Shown here one piece after another: positions 20,324 to 32,042 of a stretch of 64,000 nucleotides of DNA. Within the stretch, counting starts at the first letter, position 1; the number at the start of each line of letters is the position of its first letter. Below the pieces are notes generated by a model. It saw only the letters and a program-made list of their open reading frames with translations, searched no databases and had not been told where the DNA came from. The DNA comes from an uncultured Desulfatitalea sp. (GTDB taxonomy: Bacteria; Desulfobacterota; Desulfobacteria; Desulfobacterales; Desulfosarcinaceae), in NCBI GenBank assembly GCA_963668675.2, contig CAXXMB010000002.1, forward strand, positions 2,496,001 through 2,560,000, in the 5' to 3' direction. The position numbers were made by a program, and so were the translations under genes.

Positions 20324-20392
20324 TTACTTTATGTTCGAATCAAAAGCAATCACTGCGTTGCATGCATCTGTGAAGATGGTGCCCTTTTTTTG
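20324..20392 (-). pseudogene. Remnant 3' end of an FG-GAP gene paralog
   Basis: Translates KKGTIFTDACNAVIAFDSNIK*, versus KEGAIIFTDARSTLIAFDLNLPAK* at the end of 16301-18064. Confidence 0.65.
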
Positions 20393-20678
20393 CCTGCGAA
20401 AGAACAGTGAATATAGGGATAAGGGATGCAATTTGATAGAATTGTGATCTCTCTGTTTTTTGTACTCTATGTGGTGAACCTTGCTCTCTTTGATTCTGTT
20501 GTGCATGCCGCCTGAAACATGTGGGTATATACTCCCAAGTTCCAGTTTTGACCAATTGCCCCTTTCAACTCAAGACCTTTTCACTTTGACAACGGCGGGA
20601 CGAACCGGTAGTAGCTGGTTTTCCAAGTGGAGTGACCACGTTAGGGTGCGATACATGGGCGAGCAAAGGAGTCCGAGG

Positions 20679-20864
20679 GTGCGCTATTTTTTGTGTGTGA
20701 TCGGCATGGTGATGATTATCGAAGGGTTGCCCTATTTTGCCTTTCCGGATCGAATGAAGCCCTGGTTGTTGAAGTTGATCGAAACACCGGATCAAGCATT
20801 ACGGCGGTTGGGGTTGGGGCTCATGCTGGGGGGGTTGGTGCTGGTGTATTTAGGGAGAGTGTAA
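20679..20864 (+). CDS. DUF2065-family small membrane protein
   Basis: GMVMIIEGLPYFAFP...LRRLGL pattern; AAGGAG RBS before GTG. Confidence 0.8.
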   Translation: MRYFLCVIGMVMIIEGLPYFAFPDRMKPWLLKLIETPDQALRRLGLGLMLGGLVLVYLGRV

Positions 20865-20897
20865 AGTTTAAAGTGTTAAGTGAAGGAATTCTGTCTA
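20862..20897 (+). repeat. Solo arm of the repeat family, 7-mer variant
   Basis: TAAAGTT TAAAGTG TTAAGTG AAGGAATTCTGTCTA; 24 nt identical to 29156-29179. Confidence 0.8.
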
Positions 20898-20953
20898 TTG
20901 ATATGGTGGTTTGCGGTTAGAAATCACTCGTTCGAAGCATCGGGTTCGTTTGT

Positions 20954-21988
20954 ATGTATGATCTGAACGATTACGATTATGAGTTGCCTGAGGCGTTGAT
21001 CGCACAGGCACCCGTTGTGGACCGTGATCGGTCCCGGCTATTGCGCTTGGAGCGCTCATCCGGCCGTATCTCCCATGGAATTTTTTCCGGTGTGGTTGAT
21101 CTGCTGGCGCCCGGCGATGTGCTGGTGCGCAACAACACGCAGGTGATTCCAGGCCGTCTCTTGGGGCGGAAGCCGACGGGCGGACGGGTTGAGGTATTGG
21201 TTTTAGATTTCGCCGAGGGGACGGCCTCTGGTCAGTTCACCTGTCTGGTAAAGGCCTCCAAACGGCCAAAGCCGGGAAGCCGCCTGCTGTTCGATGAGGG
21301 GTTGGAGGCGCGGGTATTGGATGTGCAGGAGCGCACCTGCACGCTGGCATTCGAGGGCACATCCGATTTCGGGCAGACCCTGGATCGGATCGGCCATGTT
21401 CCACTGCCGCCTTACATCCGTCGAGAGGACGCCGAGGCCGACCATCAAACCTATCAGACGGTATATGCAGCCCACAAAGGGGCCATTGCAGCTCCCACAG
21501 CCGGATTGCACTTCACGAACGACCTGTTGGACCGCCTGGTCGAAAGGGGCGTTGAAATCGTCGATCTGACCCTCCATGTGGGCTATGGAACGTTTCTTCC
21601 GGTACAGGAGAGCGATATCCGCCGCCACCGCATGCACGCCGAAGGGTTCACCGTACCCCGGGAGACGGCCAAGGCGGTGAACCGGGCGAAGGGCCGCGGC
21701 AACCGGGTCGTTGCCGTGGGCACCACCTGTGTACGAACCATCGAATACTGCTCACGGGCGGGAGATGGACTGGTGCCACTTAGCGGATCTTGCGATCTCT
21801 ACATCTATCCCGGCTATGAGTTCAAAATGGTCGATGCCATGATCACCAACTTCCATCTGCCCAAATCGACCCTGCTTATGCTAGTGTCGGCTTTCGCGGG
21901 AAGAGAGCAGGTGCTCACCGCCTATGCAGAGGCGGTGAGAGAAGAGTATCGTTTTTACAGTTATGGGGACGCGATGATGGTTATTTAG
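20954..21988 (+). CDS. queA: S-adenosylmethionine:tRNA ribosyltransferase-isomerase
   Basis: PLPPYI, YQTVYA, AAPTAGLHF, TNFHLPKSTL, YRFYSYGDAM. Confidence 0.97.
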   Translation: MYDLNDYDYELPEALIAQAPVVDRDRSRLLRLERSSGRISHGIFSGVVDLLAPGDVLVRNNTQVIPGRLLGRKPTGGRVEVLVLDFAEGTASGQFTCLVKASKRPKPGSRLLFDEGLEARVLDVQERTCTLAFEGTSDFGQTLDRIGHVPLPPYIRREDAEADHQTYQTVYAAHKGAIAAPTAGLHFTNDLLDRLVERGVEIVDLTLHVGYGTFLPVQESDIRRHRMHAEGFTVPRETAKAVNRAKGRGNRVVAVGTTCVRTIEYCSRAGDGLVPLSGSCDLYIYPGYEFKMVDAMITNFHLPKSTLLMLVSAFAGREQVLTAYAEAVREEYRFYSYGDAMMVI

Positions 21989-22038
21989 AAGTAGGAAGGT
22001 AAGAAGGTAGAAAAGTAGGAAAGTTGGGGTATTCTGTC
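21987..22038 (+). repeat. Left arm of the four-helix-bundle cassette
   Basis: AGAAGTAG GAAGGTAA GAAGGTAG AAAAGTAG GAAAGTTG GGGTATTCTGTC. Confidence 0.85.
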
Positions 22039-22134
22039 CATTATACGGTTTTTGTGTTACTTGAAGAGGATTCTATGATTCTCGACATTTGTACTCATAG
22101 GTTGTTTTTTATAAGATGAAATAGTGGTGCGATT

Positions 22135-23668
<1,534 letters not shown>

Positions 23669-23770
23669 GCAAGGCTTTCATCGTCTGAGTGCGGAAGACA
23701 ACAACACTGATGCTCAATGCTGCTGCCTTCGCTCTTCAGCCTTCAACCTCAATCAATAAGGAGCATACCC

Positions 23771-23992
23771 ATGAAAGATAAAGTCGAAGCAGCCATTGCC
23801 AAGATTCGTCCCATGCTTCAGGCCGACGGCGGAAATGTGGAGTTGGTGGATGTTACCCCCGAGGGCGTTGTTCAGGTGCGTCTGCAGGGCGCCTGTGCCG
23901 GCTGCCCCATGTCTCAGATGACGCTCAAGAATGGTATCGAGCGCATCATCAAAGAGTCGGTGCCTGAGGTGAAAACGGTCGAGTCGGTCTGA
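23771..23992 (+). CDS. NifU-C/NfuA-like Fe-S carrier
   Basis: IRPMLQADGGNVEL and GACAGCP; AAGGAG RBS. Confidence 0.9.
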   Translation: MKDKVEAAIAKIRPMLQADGGNVELVDVTPEGVVQVRLQGACAGCPMSQMTLKNGIERIIKESVPEVKTVESV

Positions 23993-24059
23993 TTAAACAT
24001 CTATGGTTAAGTAATCCGGGGTTCGGTAGTCCGGGTCAACCATTTCAGGGGGGAGATCA

Positions 24060-25244
24060 ATGTCCGTTGCCCAGAAAATCAGTACGGTAATGCAGCAATC
24101 CTCATGGATCAGGAAGATGTTCGAAGAGGGCGGCCGCCTCAAAGCGCAATATGGGGCCGACAAGGTGTTCGATTTCAGCCTCGGCAATCCCAATCTGCCT
24201 CCACCGGCGCAGTTCAACGAGGCGTTGCAGGATGCCGTCAGCTCCTGTGGGCTGGGGGATCACTGTTATATGCCCCAGGCGGGTTATCCCCAGGTGTGCG
24301 ATGCCGTGGCCGAGTTCCTGGTGGACGAACAGGGCGTTGCACTCGAACCGGCGGACATCACCATGACCTGCGGGGCGGCTGGTGCTTTGAACGTGATTCT
24401 CAAGTCATTGCTCGATCCGGGCGACGAAGTGATCGTGCCGACCCCCTGTTTTGTCGAATACAAGTTTTATGTGGACAATCATGGCGGCGTGATCCAAATG
24501 GTGCCGACCCTGCCCGATTTTTCCCTGGACCTCGATGCCATCGGGGCGGCCGTCAATGCCAAGACAAAGGCGGTCCTGATCAATTCGCCCAACAACCCCA
24601 CCGGGCAGATTTACACATCAGAGGCTCTGGCGGCCCTTGGCGCGCTGTTGCAGGCAAAAGGCCGTGAATTCGATCGGACTATCTATCTCATATCGGACGA
24701 ACCCTACCGCAAGATCGTGTTCGATGGCCGTCAGGTGCCGAGTATTTTTCAGGCTTACAACGAGAGTATTATCGCCACCTCCTACTCCAAAGATCTCTCC
24801 ATCCCCGGCGAACGGATCGGTTTCGCGGCCATCAATCCATCGGCGACCTATAACGCCGACCTAAGGGCCGGGTTTGCCTTGGCCAACCGGATCCTGGGAT
24901 TTGTGAACGCGCCGGCATTGATGCAGCGGGTGGTGGCCTGTCTCCAGGGCGCCAGCGTCGATATGGACGAGTACAAGCGCAAACGGGATCTGCTGTGTGA
25001 CGGACTGGCCGATGCGGGGTACGAATTTGTCAAACCGCCGGGTGCCTTTTATCTCTTCCCGAAATCACCCATTGCAGATGATGTGGCTTTTGTTCGCCAG
25101 CTGCAGGAGGAGTTGATATTGGCGGTCCCGGGTAGCGGTTTCGCCGGCCCGGGTTACTTCCGCCTCGCTTTTTGCGTGGACGACCAGACCATTATCAACG
25201 CAATGCCAGGTTTTAAGCGAGTTATGGCGAACCACAAGCGTTAG
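24060..25244 (+). CDS. PLP-dependent aminotransferase class I/II (aspartate aminotransferase-like)
   Basis: NSPNNPTG, ISDEPY, SYSKDLSIPGERIG. Confidence 0.9.
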   Translation: MSVAQKISTVMQQSSWIRKMFEEGGRLKAQYGADKVFDFSLGNPNLPPPAQFNEALQDAVSSCGLGDHCYMPQAGYPQVCDAVAEFLVDEQGVALEPADITMTCGAAGALNVILKSLLDPGDEVIVPTPCFVEYKFYVDNHGGVIQMVPTLPDFSLDLDAIGAAVNAKTKAVLINSPNNPTGQIYTSEALAALGALLQAKGREFDRTIYLISDEPYRKIVFDGRQVPSIFQAYNESIIATSYSKDLSIPGERIGFAAINPSATYNADLRAGFALANRILGFVNAPALMQRVVACLQGASVDMDEYKRKRDLLCDGLADAGYEFVKPPGAFYLFPKSPIADDVAFVRQLQEELILAVPGSGFAGPGYFRLAFCVDDQTIINAMPGFKRVMANHKR

Positions 25245-25412
25245 CCCCCCTGTGAATCTCGACCCTCGAATTGGAGATGGAGATAGGCGTTGCAAGGTTA
25301 TGCCACCCGGAACAGCGTTATATCTGCTATTGAGCGACATGGGCATCTGCCACCTCTCCTCCCCAAGGTGAAAACCTTCCACGGCTTTCCGTCTGAGGCA
25401 CATAGGGTGGCT
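25243..25412 (-). ncRNA. Candidate structured RNA (~170-nt rod-like hairpin)
   Basis: Nested complementary segments whose mismatches mostly read as G-U pairs on the minus strand; not identified to a family. Confidence 0.4.
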
Positions 25413-25499
25413 TTTCTATCGATCAATGTTCTCTTTTTTTTTCGCAAGGACGGCATCTCCTGCTCTTGAAGTGCTTATGCTTTCTCTACCCTTTTACCC

Positions 25500-25529
25500 T
25501 TGACATCTCCGAGATCGCTGCGTTATAAA
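25500..25529 (+). promoter_or_regulatory. Sigma70-type promoter for the mce cluster
   Basis: TTGACA-18 bp-TATAAA. Confidence 0.6.
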
Positions 25530-25670
25530 ACTCAAACTTCTCAGAACACAGTTACACTGAATTTCGTTTATCAAACAAATGTCGATCTAAACGTAGTAAA
25601 GACGGATAGTTGAGATAAATTATTATGTGTAACATCGTTTCTTTAAACGCCCATCCTGTGAGGCAGTGAC

Positions 25671-26078
25671 ATGAAAATCATCAAAATCGATCACTTGGGA
25701 ATTGCGGTCAACAGCATCGACCAGGCCAAAACATTTTGGAGCGATATATTGGGCCTGCCTTTCGAGGGTGACGAGACGGTGGCCGAGCAGAAGGTGACTA
25801 CCGCCTTTTTCCCGGTAGGCGCGAGTGAAGTCGAACTGCTCGAATCGACTGCTCCGGACGGCCCTGTGGCCAAATACATCGAAAAGCGCGGGCAGGGCAT
25901 TCAGCATGTGGCGTTCCGTGTTGAAGACATCGACGCTGCATTGGACGAATTGAAAAGCAAGGGGGTGCGTTTGATAGACGAACAGCCCCGGATTGGTGCC
26001 GGAGGCGCTAGAATCGCTTTTTTGCATCCCAAAGATACCCATGGTGTGCTGGTGGAGTTGTGTGAACGCCAGGCGTAA
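25671..26078 (+). CDS. mce: Methylmalonyl-CoA epimerase
   Basis: IDHLGIAV, GIQHVAFRV, FLHPKDTHGVLVEL; adjacent to the mutase. Confidence 0.93.
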   Translation: MKIIKIDHLGIAVNSIDQAKTFWSDILGLPFEGDETVAEQKVTTAFFPVGASEVELLESTAPDGPVAKYIEKRGQGIQHVAFRVEDIDAALDELKSKGVRLIDEQPRIGAGGARIAFLHPKDTHGVLVELCERQA

Positions 26079-26106
26079 TGGGCATGGTGGTGCGACAAAA
26101 ATCCTG

Positions 26107-26125
26107 AGTGTAACATAATTACACT
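26107..26125. promoter_or_regulatory. Palindromic operator candidate
   Basis: AGTGTAA-CATAA-TTACACT; related sites at 25540-25558, 25626-25644 and 26301-26319. Confidence 0.55.
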
Positions 26126-26210
26126 TTCGGGCGATTTGAGCCGATAAAATCATGCTCGTGGATACCGACGCGGCCAGGGCCGGAACGTCGTGTTTCAGGG
26201 ACCGTTTCTC

Positions 26211-26915
26211 ATGTCGATGAAATCCAATCCTGCTTCCTATTCTGCTTTGTCAAAACAGCCTTCGCCTGCTGCGCCTCCTAAAGACAGGCGTCAAGATGAA
26301 CGCGTAACAAAGTTACAACCGTTGCGCCCGGAAGTGAAGGCCCGACTGGAAAAGGCCGTTCTCGATATCTTCTCCCATTCCGATTTTCATAAAGCCAATA
26401 TCCGTGACGTCGCCAAGCGGGCGGGCGTCAGTTTCAGCACCATCTACAAATATTACGGCAGCAAAGAGCGACTGGTATTTGCTTTCGTGGATGTGTGGCT
26501 GGGTGAGTTGACCGAGCGAATCGTCGATCACCTGCAGGGTATCGAGGATCTCAAAGAGAAGATGCGCAAGGTGCTCTGGCTGCAGCTCGACTATTACGAA
26601 CGCAATCCGCATTTAGGCCGCATCATCTTCATGACGTTGCCCATGGCCACCTGGATGGCAGACGAGACCTTCAAACAGAAGAAGATGATTCATCTCTATC
26701 TGGACGTACTCAAGAAGGGCCAGGATCAAGGCGTGTTGAATCCCAATGTGCGGGCCGGAATGCTGCTCGATTTCATGCTCGGGATGGTGCAGCGCGCATT
26801 TACCATGTGGGCTCAGCGCGGTGAGAAGGAGAGCCTGGCAGGGCAATCCGGCGTTATTTTCGATATGCTCTGGCGAGGGATGACGTGCGATCCGACACCT
26901 TCGGATAAACAATAA
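26211..26915 (+). CDS. TetR/AcrR family regulator
   Basis: IRDVAKRAGVSFSTIYKYYGSKERL HTH; start uncertain. Confidence 0.9.
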   Translation: MSMKSNPASYSALSKQPSPAAPPKDRRQDERVTKLQPLRPEVKARLEKAVLDIFSHSDFHKANIRDVAKRAGVSFSTIYKYYGSKERLVFAFVDVWLGELTERIVDHLQGIEDLKEKMRKVLWLQLDYYERNPHLGRIIFMTLPMATWMADETFKQKKMIHLYLDVLKKGQDQGVLNPNVRAGMLLDFMLGMVQRAFTMWAQRGEKESLAGQSGVIFDMLWRGMTCDPTPSDKQ

Positions 26916-27020
26916 ATGGGATCCGACCGGAGAGGACCGATGACAGCCCGGATATAGGGTTAGGCGCTGACATCGCAAATGCGCTTTCCGGGAAGATGCC
27001 AAGCAATCAAGGAGCAACCT

Positions 27021-29138
27021 ATGGCCGGCATCGATCAATGGAAAGAACTGGCCGCCAAACAACTCAAGGGGCGGCCGCTGGAGACGTTGGATTGGGCCAC
27101 ACCGGAGGGGATCACCGTTAAGCCCCTCTACACGGCCGAAGATCTGGACAAATTGGAGCATCTGGGCAGCGTGCCCGGGTTTGCACCCTATGTTCGCGGC
27201 CCCATGGCCACCATGTACGCCGGAAGACCGTGGACCATCCGCCAGTACGCCGGCTTCTCCACGGCCAAGGAGTCCAATGCCTTCTACCGCCGCAATCTGG
27301 CGGCAGGCCAAAAGGGATTGTCGGTGGCCTTCGATCTGGCCACCCACCGGGGCTACGACTCCGACCATCCCAGGGTCATGGGGGACGTGGGCAAGGCCGG
27401 CGTGGCCATCGATTCAATCGAGGACATGAAGATTCTCTTCGATCAGATTCCCCTGGACCAGATGTCCGTCTCGATGACCATGAACGGGGCCGTGATTCCC
27501 ATCCTGGGCATGTACATTGTCGCTGCCGAGGAGCAGGGCGTCTCCCAGGAGAAGCTGACCGGCACCATCCAGAACGATATCCTCAAAGAGTACCTGACGC
27601 GTAACACTTACATCTATCCGCCGGTTCCCTCCATGCGTATTGTCGCCGATATCATCGCCCACTGCTCGGCCAACATGCCGCGCTTCAACACGGTGAGCAT
27701 CAGCGGGTACCACATGATGGAGGCCGGGGCCACATCGGTGCTGCAGCTGGCCTTCACCCTGGCGGACGGCCTGGAGTATGTGCGTGCGGCGCTCAAGGCG
27801 GGCCTGGATATCGATGCGTTTGCGCCCAGGCTTTCGTTCTTTTTTGGCGTGGGCATGAACTTTTTTATGGAGATCGCCATGCTGCGGGCGGCACGCTTCC
27901 TGTGGCACGAGCTGATCACGCCGTTCAATCCCAAAAATTCGCGATCGACCATGCTGCGCACCCATGTGCAGACGTCGGGCTGGAGCCTGACCGAACAGGA
28001 TCCCTACAACAACATCATCCGCACCACGCTGGAGGCGCTGGCCGCCGTCATGGGCGGTACCCAGTCGCTGCACACCAACTCTTTCGACGAGGCCGTGGGG
28101 CTGCCCACCGATTTTTCTGCCCGCGTCGCCCGCAACACCCAGCTGATTATTCAGGAGGAGTCCCAGGTATGCCACGTGGCCGATCCGTTAGGGGGCTCGT
28201 ACTATATTGAAGCCCTCACCGCTGCCATGATCGACGAAGCGCGCAAAATCATCCAGGAGGTCGAGGGGTTGGGCGGCATGGCCAGGGCCATCGAGACCGG
28301 TATGCCCAAGATGCGCATCGAAGAGTCAGCCGCCCGGAGGCAGGCCCGCATCGACCAGGGGCTGGATGTCATCGTCGGCGTCAACAAATACCAGGTTGAA
28401 AATCAACCCCTCGACGAAGTGCTGGCGGTGCCCGAAGCGGTGCGCCAGGAGCAGATCGATCGTCTCCGTCAGACCAAAGAGGGTCGGGACGAACGGGCGG
28501 TGGAAGCGGCGTTGGCGGAATTGACGCATGCCGCCGAAACGGGCGGGAACCTGCTCACAACTTGCCTGCCGGCGGTACGTGCACGTGCCACCGTGGGCGA
28601 GATCTCCGATGCCATGGAGCGGGTATTCGGCCGCTTTGTGGCCACCACCCAGGTGATTTCAGGCGTCTACGCATCCGCGTACGAGGACCGGGCCGTGATC
28701 GACAGCCTGCGCAAACGGACCGAAGCGTTTGCCGAGCGCGAAGGGCGGCGGCCGCGCATCCTGTTGGCCAAGATGGGACAGGACGGCCACGATCGTGGCG
28801 TCAAAGTGGTGGCCACCGCATTTGCCGACTTTGGTTTCGATGTGGACATCAGCCCCATGTTTCAAACGCCCGAAGAGGTCTCCAAGATGGCCGTTGAGAA
28901 CGATGTGCATGTGGTGGGCGTCTCGACCCTGGCCGCCGGCCACAAAGCCCTGGTGCCCCAGTTGCTTGGTGCTCTGGGCGATGAGGGGGCCAAGGATATC
29001 CTGGTGGTGGTGGGCGGCGTTATTCCGCCTGCGGATTATGCCTTTTTGCGTGAGTCCGGGGCAGCCGGGATCTTCGGGCCGGGCACATCCCTGATCAAGT
29101 CCGCCAACGATGTGCTCAATGCGTTGGAGCAAAGATAG
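27021..29138 (+). CDS. scpA: Methylmalonyl-CoA mutase (B12-dependent)
   Basis: [28 protein letters not shown]12-binding motif. Confidence 0.95.
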   Translation: MAGIDQWKELAAKQLKGRPLETLDWATPEGITVKPLYTAEDLDKLEHLGSVPGFAPYVRGPMATMYAGRPWTIRQYAGFSTAKESNAFYRRNLAAGQKGLSVAFDLATHRGYDSDHPRVMGDVGKAGVAIDSIEDMKILFDQIPLDQMSVSMTMNGAVIPILGMYIVAAEEQGVSQEKLTGTIQNDILKEYLTRNTYIYPPVPSMRIVADIIAHCSANMPRFNTVSISGYHMMEAGATSVLQLAFTLADGLEYVRAALKAGLDIDAFAPRLSFFFGVGMNFFMEIAMLRAARFLWHELITPFNPKNSRSTMLRTHVQTSGWSLTEQDPYNNIIRTTLEALAAVMGGTQSLHTNSFDEAVGLPTDFSARVARNTQLIIQEESQVCHVADPLGGSYYIEALTAAMIDEARKIIQEVEGLGGMARAIETGMPKMRIEESAARRQARIDQGLDVIVGVNKYQVENQPLDEVLAVPEAVRQEQIDRLRQTKEGRDERAVEAALAELTHAAETGGNLLTTCLPAVRARATVGEISDAMERVFGRFVATTQVISGVYASAYEDRAVIDSLRKRTEAFAEREGRRPRILLAKMGQDGHDRGVKVVATAFADFGFDVDISPMFQTPEEVSKMAVENDVHVVGVSTLAAGHKALVPQLLGALGDEGAKDILVVVGGVIPPADYAFLRESGAAGIFGPGTSLIKSANDVLNALEQR

Positions 29139-29140
29139 AT

Positions 29141-29189
29141 AGAGGTTTAAAGTGGAAAGTTTAAAGTGTTAAGTGAAGGCGTTCCGCCA
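29141..29189 (+). repeat. Solo arm of the repeat family, 7-mer variant
   Basis: AGAGGTT TAAAGTG GAAAGTT TAAAGTG TTAAGTG AAGGCGTTCCGCCA just after the mutase stop. Confidence 0.8.
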
Positions 29190-29269
29190 ATTTGGACAGT
29201 TGTGTGATAGGATCAACATCCTTTTTTCGGCTTCGGCCTTTCGGATATAAATGGTAATTTTGGGCCCGA

Positions 29270-30274
29270 ATGAATAGCGAATCTTTGAACTACTACCTGG
29301 ACGGCGTCCTTGCAGGCGACCGGCGGGTGCTGGCCAAGGCCATCACCCTGGTCGAGAGCCGTCTGGGGGCCCACCGCGACCTGGCGCATCAGTTGATCGA
29401 GGCGCTGCTGCCAAAGACGGGCAGGGCCGTTCGCCTGGGGATCACCGGCGTGCCGGGGGTGGGCAAGAGCACCTTCGTCGAAAACTTCGGCATGCGGCTT
29501 ATCGAGCGCGGACACCAACTGGCCGTTCTGGCGGTGGACCCCAGCTCCCAGCATTCGGGTGGCAGCATTCTGGCGGACAAGACCCGCATGGAGCATCTGG
29601 CCGGCTCCCCATCGGCCTTCATCCGGCCTTCGCCATCGGGTGGCACCCTGGGGGGCGTGGCCCGTATGACCAGGGAAACCATGCTCGTGTGTGAGGCGGC
29701 GGGTTTCGACGTGGTGCTTGTCGAGACCGTCGGTGTCGGGCAGAGCGAGGGGTCCGTGGCCTCCATGGTTGATTTTTTTCTCCTTTTGATGATCACCGGC
29801 GCCGGAGACGCCCTCCAGGGGATCAAGAAGGGCATCCTCGAACTGGCCCACGCCGTGGCGATCAACAAGGCCGATGGCGACAACACGGCCCTGGCCGAGA
29901 AGACCCGCAATGAGCTGGAAAACGCCATGCACCTGATGCAGCCGGTTACCTCCTCTTGGACGCCGCCAGTAGTGACCTGCAGTGCGCTGAATCGCACCGG
30001 CCTGGATGCCATATGGGAGATCGTTCAAAAACATCATGAAAAGATGCGCGAGAGTGGCGAGCTTCAGCAGCAGCGCCAGGAGCAGGCCCTGCAGTGGATG
30101 TGGGCCCTGATCGAAGAGGGGCTCAAAGATCGGTTTTACCGGCACCCGGCTGTCCGTGAGCGGTTGCCCGATCTGGCAAGCGACGTCCGTCGGGGCCGCA
30201 TCACACCTACAAAAGCGGCCGGTCACCTGCTTTTTTTGCTTGACAATAAGGGTGCAGATAATAAAGGAATATAG
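29270..30274 (+). CDS. meaB: Methylmalonyl-CoA mutase-associated GTPase
   Basis: GITGVPGVGKST, AVDPSS, DKTRM, ETVGVGQSE, NKADG. Confidence 0.95.
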   Translation: MNSESLNYYLDGVLAGDRRVLAKAITLVESRLGAHRDLAHQLIEALLPKTGRAVRLGITGVPGVGKSTFVENFGMRLIERGHQLAVLAVDPSSQHSGGSILADKTRMEHLAGSPSAFIRPSPSGGTLGGVARMTRETMLVCEAAGFDVVLVETVGVGQSEGSVASMVDFFLLLMITGAGDALQGIKKGILELAHAVAINKADGDNTALAEKTRNELENAMHLMQPVTSSWTPPVVTCSALNRTGLDAIWEIVQKHHEKMRESGELQQQRQEQALQWMWALIEEGLKDRFYRHPAVRERLPDLASDVRRGRITPTKAAGHLLFLLDNKGADNKGI

Positions 30275-30403
30275 TCTTTTCGCTTGATTATATGTTGTTG
30301 GATCAAAGGGACGGAATGACCTGTCCGGCCGAAGGGGCCCTTTCCGGGTCGCCGATGACGCGCCGGTTCTGGAAACCGCCCATACCAGTGAAAGGAAGCC
30401 AGC

Positions 30404-31957
30404 ATGGGTAGTGTGGAAGAAAAGCTGAAGGAGCTCAAAGCACGCGAAGCCAAAACCCTTGAGATGGGTGGTGCCAAGTTGGTTGCCAAACATAAGGAGA
30501 AAGGCAAACTGACCGCACGGGAGCGCCTCGAGCATCTGTTCGACCAAGGGACCTTCCGGGAGATCGACATGTTCGTCAAGCATCGCTGCGTCAATTTCAA
30601 TATGCAGTCGGTGGATATCCCCTCGGATGGCGTCGTTACCGGCCACGGTATGGTCGACGGCCGGCCGGTGTTCGCTTTTGCCCAGGATTTTACCGCCCGG
30701 GCCGGCAGCCTGGGCGAAATGCACGCCAACAAGATCTGCAAGGTGATGGACCTGGCCATAAAGGCCGGTGTCCCTTTCGTCGGGTTGAACGATTCGGGCG
30801 GCGCGCGCATTCAGGAGGGCGTCGACGCCCTATGCGGTTACGGCAATATCTTCTATCGTAATTCGCTGGCTTCGGGGGTCATCCCGCAGATTTCGGCCAT
30901 CATGGGGCCCACCGCAGGTGGTGCTGTCTACTCTCCGGCAATGACCGATTTTGTCTTCATGGTCAAGAACTCCAGCTACATGTTCATCACCGGCCCCGAA
31001 GTGATCAAGGCGGTTACCGGAGAAGAGATCACTTTCGAAGATCTCGGCGGCGCAATGGCCCACAATGAGCGCAGCGGCGTGGCCCAATTCGCCTGCGACA
31101 GCGACGCCGACACCCTGGATGAGATCAAGCGGCTGCTCTCCTATCTGCCGGCCAACAACATGGAGGATCCGCCCCGTATCGACACCGGCGATGATCCCCA
31201 ACGCACCGATCCGGCCCTGGACACCATCATTCCCGATAGTCCCAACGCCGGTTACGACATGAAAGCGGTGATTCAATCCATCGTGGACAATGGTGAGATA
31301 CTGGAACCGCATGCCTATTTTGCCAAAAACATCGTCGTCTGCCTGGCCCGGCTGAACGGCCGCACCATCGGCATCATCGCCAACCAGCCCAACAACATGG
31401 CCGGCTGCCTGGATATCGATGCATCGGACAAAGCCACCCGCTTTATCCGCTTCTGCGACGCTTTCAACATTCCCCTGCTGACCATCGCCGATGTGCCCGG
31501 CTACCTGCCCGGCAGCCAGCAGGAGTGGGGCGGCATCATTCGCCACGGCGCCAAACTGCTGTGGTGTTACAGCGAAGCGACGGTGCCCAAGCTGCTGCTC
31601 ATTACGCGCAAAGATTACGGCGGCGCTTACATTGCCATGTCCTCCAGACACCTGGGTGCCGACATGGCCTTCGCCTGGCCCTCGGCGGAGATCGCGGTGA
31701 TGGGGGCCGAAGGGGCCTCGAACATTATCCATCGCAAGGCCATCAAGGAGGCCGACGATCCCCAGGCCAAGCGCAAGGAGAAGATTGCAGAGTACCAGGA
31801 TCTCTTCTCCAATCCTTACAGTGCCGCCAGTCGCGGATATATCGATGCCGTGATCCAGCCCAGCGAAACCCGCTCCCGGCTGATCGACGCATTGGAGATC
31901 ATGTGCACCAAGCGTGAATTAAGGCCACCGAAGAAGCACGGCAATATTCCGATGTAA
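30404..31957 (+). CDS. Acyl-CoA carboxyltransferase (PccB/MmdA/transcarboxylase 12S-like)
   Basis: DSGGARIQEG, GGAVYSPA, DVPGYLPG, KKHGNIPM. Confidence 0.93.
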   Translation: MGSVEEKLKELKAREAKTLEMGGAKLVAKHKEKGKLTARERLEHLFDQGTFREIDMFVKHRCVNFNMQSVDIPSDGVVTGHGMVDGRPVFAFAQDFTARAGSLGEMHANKICKVMDLAIKAGVPFVGLNDSGGARIQEGVDALCGYGNIFYRNSLASGVIPQISAIMGPTAGGAVYSPAMTDFVFMVKNSSYMFITGPEVIKAVTGEEITFEDLGGAMAHNERSGVAQFACDSDADTLDEIKRLLSYLPANNMEDPPRIDTGDDPQRTDPALDTIIPDSPNAGYDMKAVIQSIVDNGEILEPHAYFAKNIVVCLARLNGRTIGIIANQPNNMAGCLDIDASDKATRFIRFCDAFNIPLLTIADVPGYLPGSQQEWGGIIRHGAKLLWCYSEATVPKLLLITRKDYGGAYIAMSSRHLGADMAFAWPSAEIAVMGAEGASNIIHRKAIKEADDPQAKRKEKIAEYQDLFSNPYSAASRGYIDAVIQPSETRSRLIDALEIMCTKRELRPPKKHGNIPM

Positions 31958-31973
31958 GTTTAATAGATCGTGT

Positions 31974-31999
31974 GCAGGGGCTGGGTTTATCCCCGCCCG
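31974..31999 (+). repeat. GTAG-type REP palindrome (degenerate)
   Basis: GCAGGGGCTGGGTTTATCCCCGCCCG; matches 34693-34718 and 37000-37094. Confidence 0.7.
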
Positions 32000-32042
32000 G
32001 TCTAACCCGATCCCGCAGATAAACAACGGAGCACAGGAAACC

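Noticed and set aside
23727..23754. Weak 7-mer run (CTTCGCT CTTCAGC CTTCAAC CTCAATC), and a similar TTTCGGC run near 29225-29245, as right-arm remnants
   Set aside because: Too short and degenerate, and lacks the conserved core; could be chance
26120..26147. Second sigma28-like promoter (TACACTTT-N12-GCCGATAA) before the TetR gene
   Set aside because: The -35 match is poor and is explained by the overlapping operator palindrome; the metabolic context does not support it
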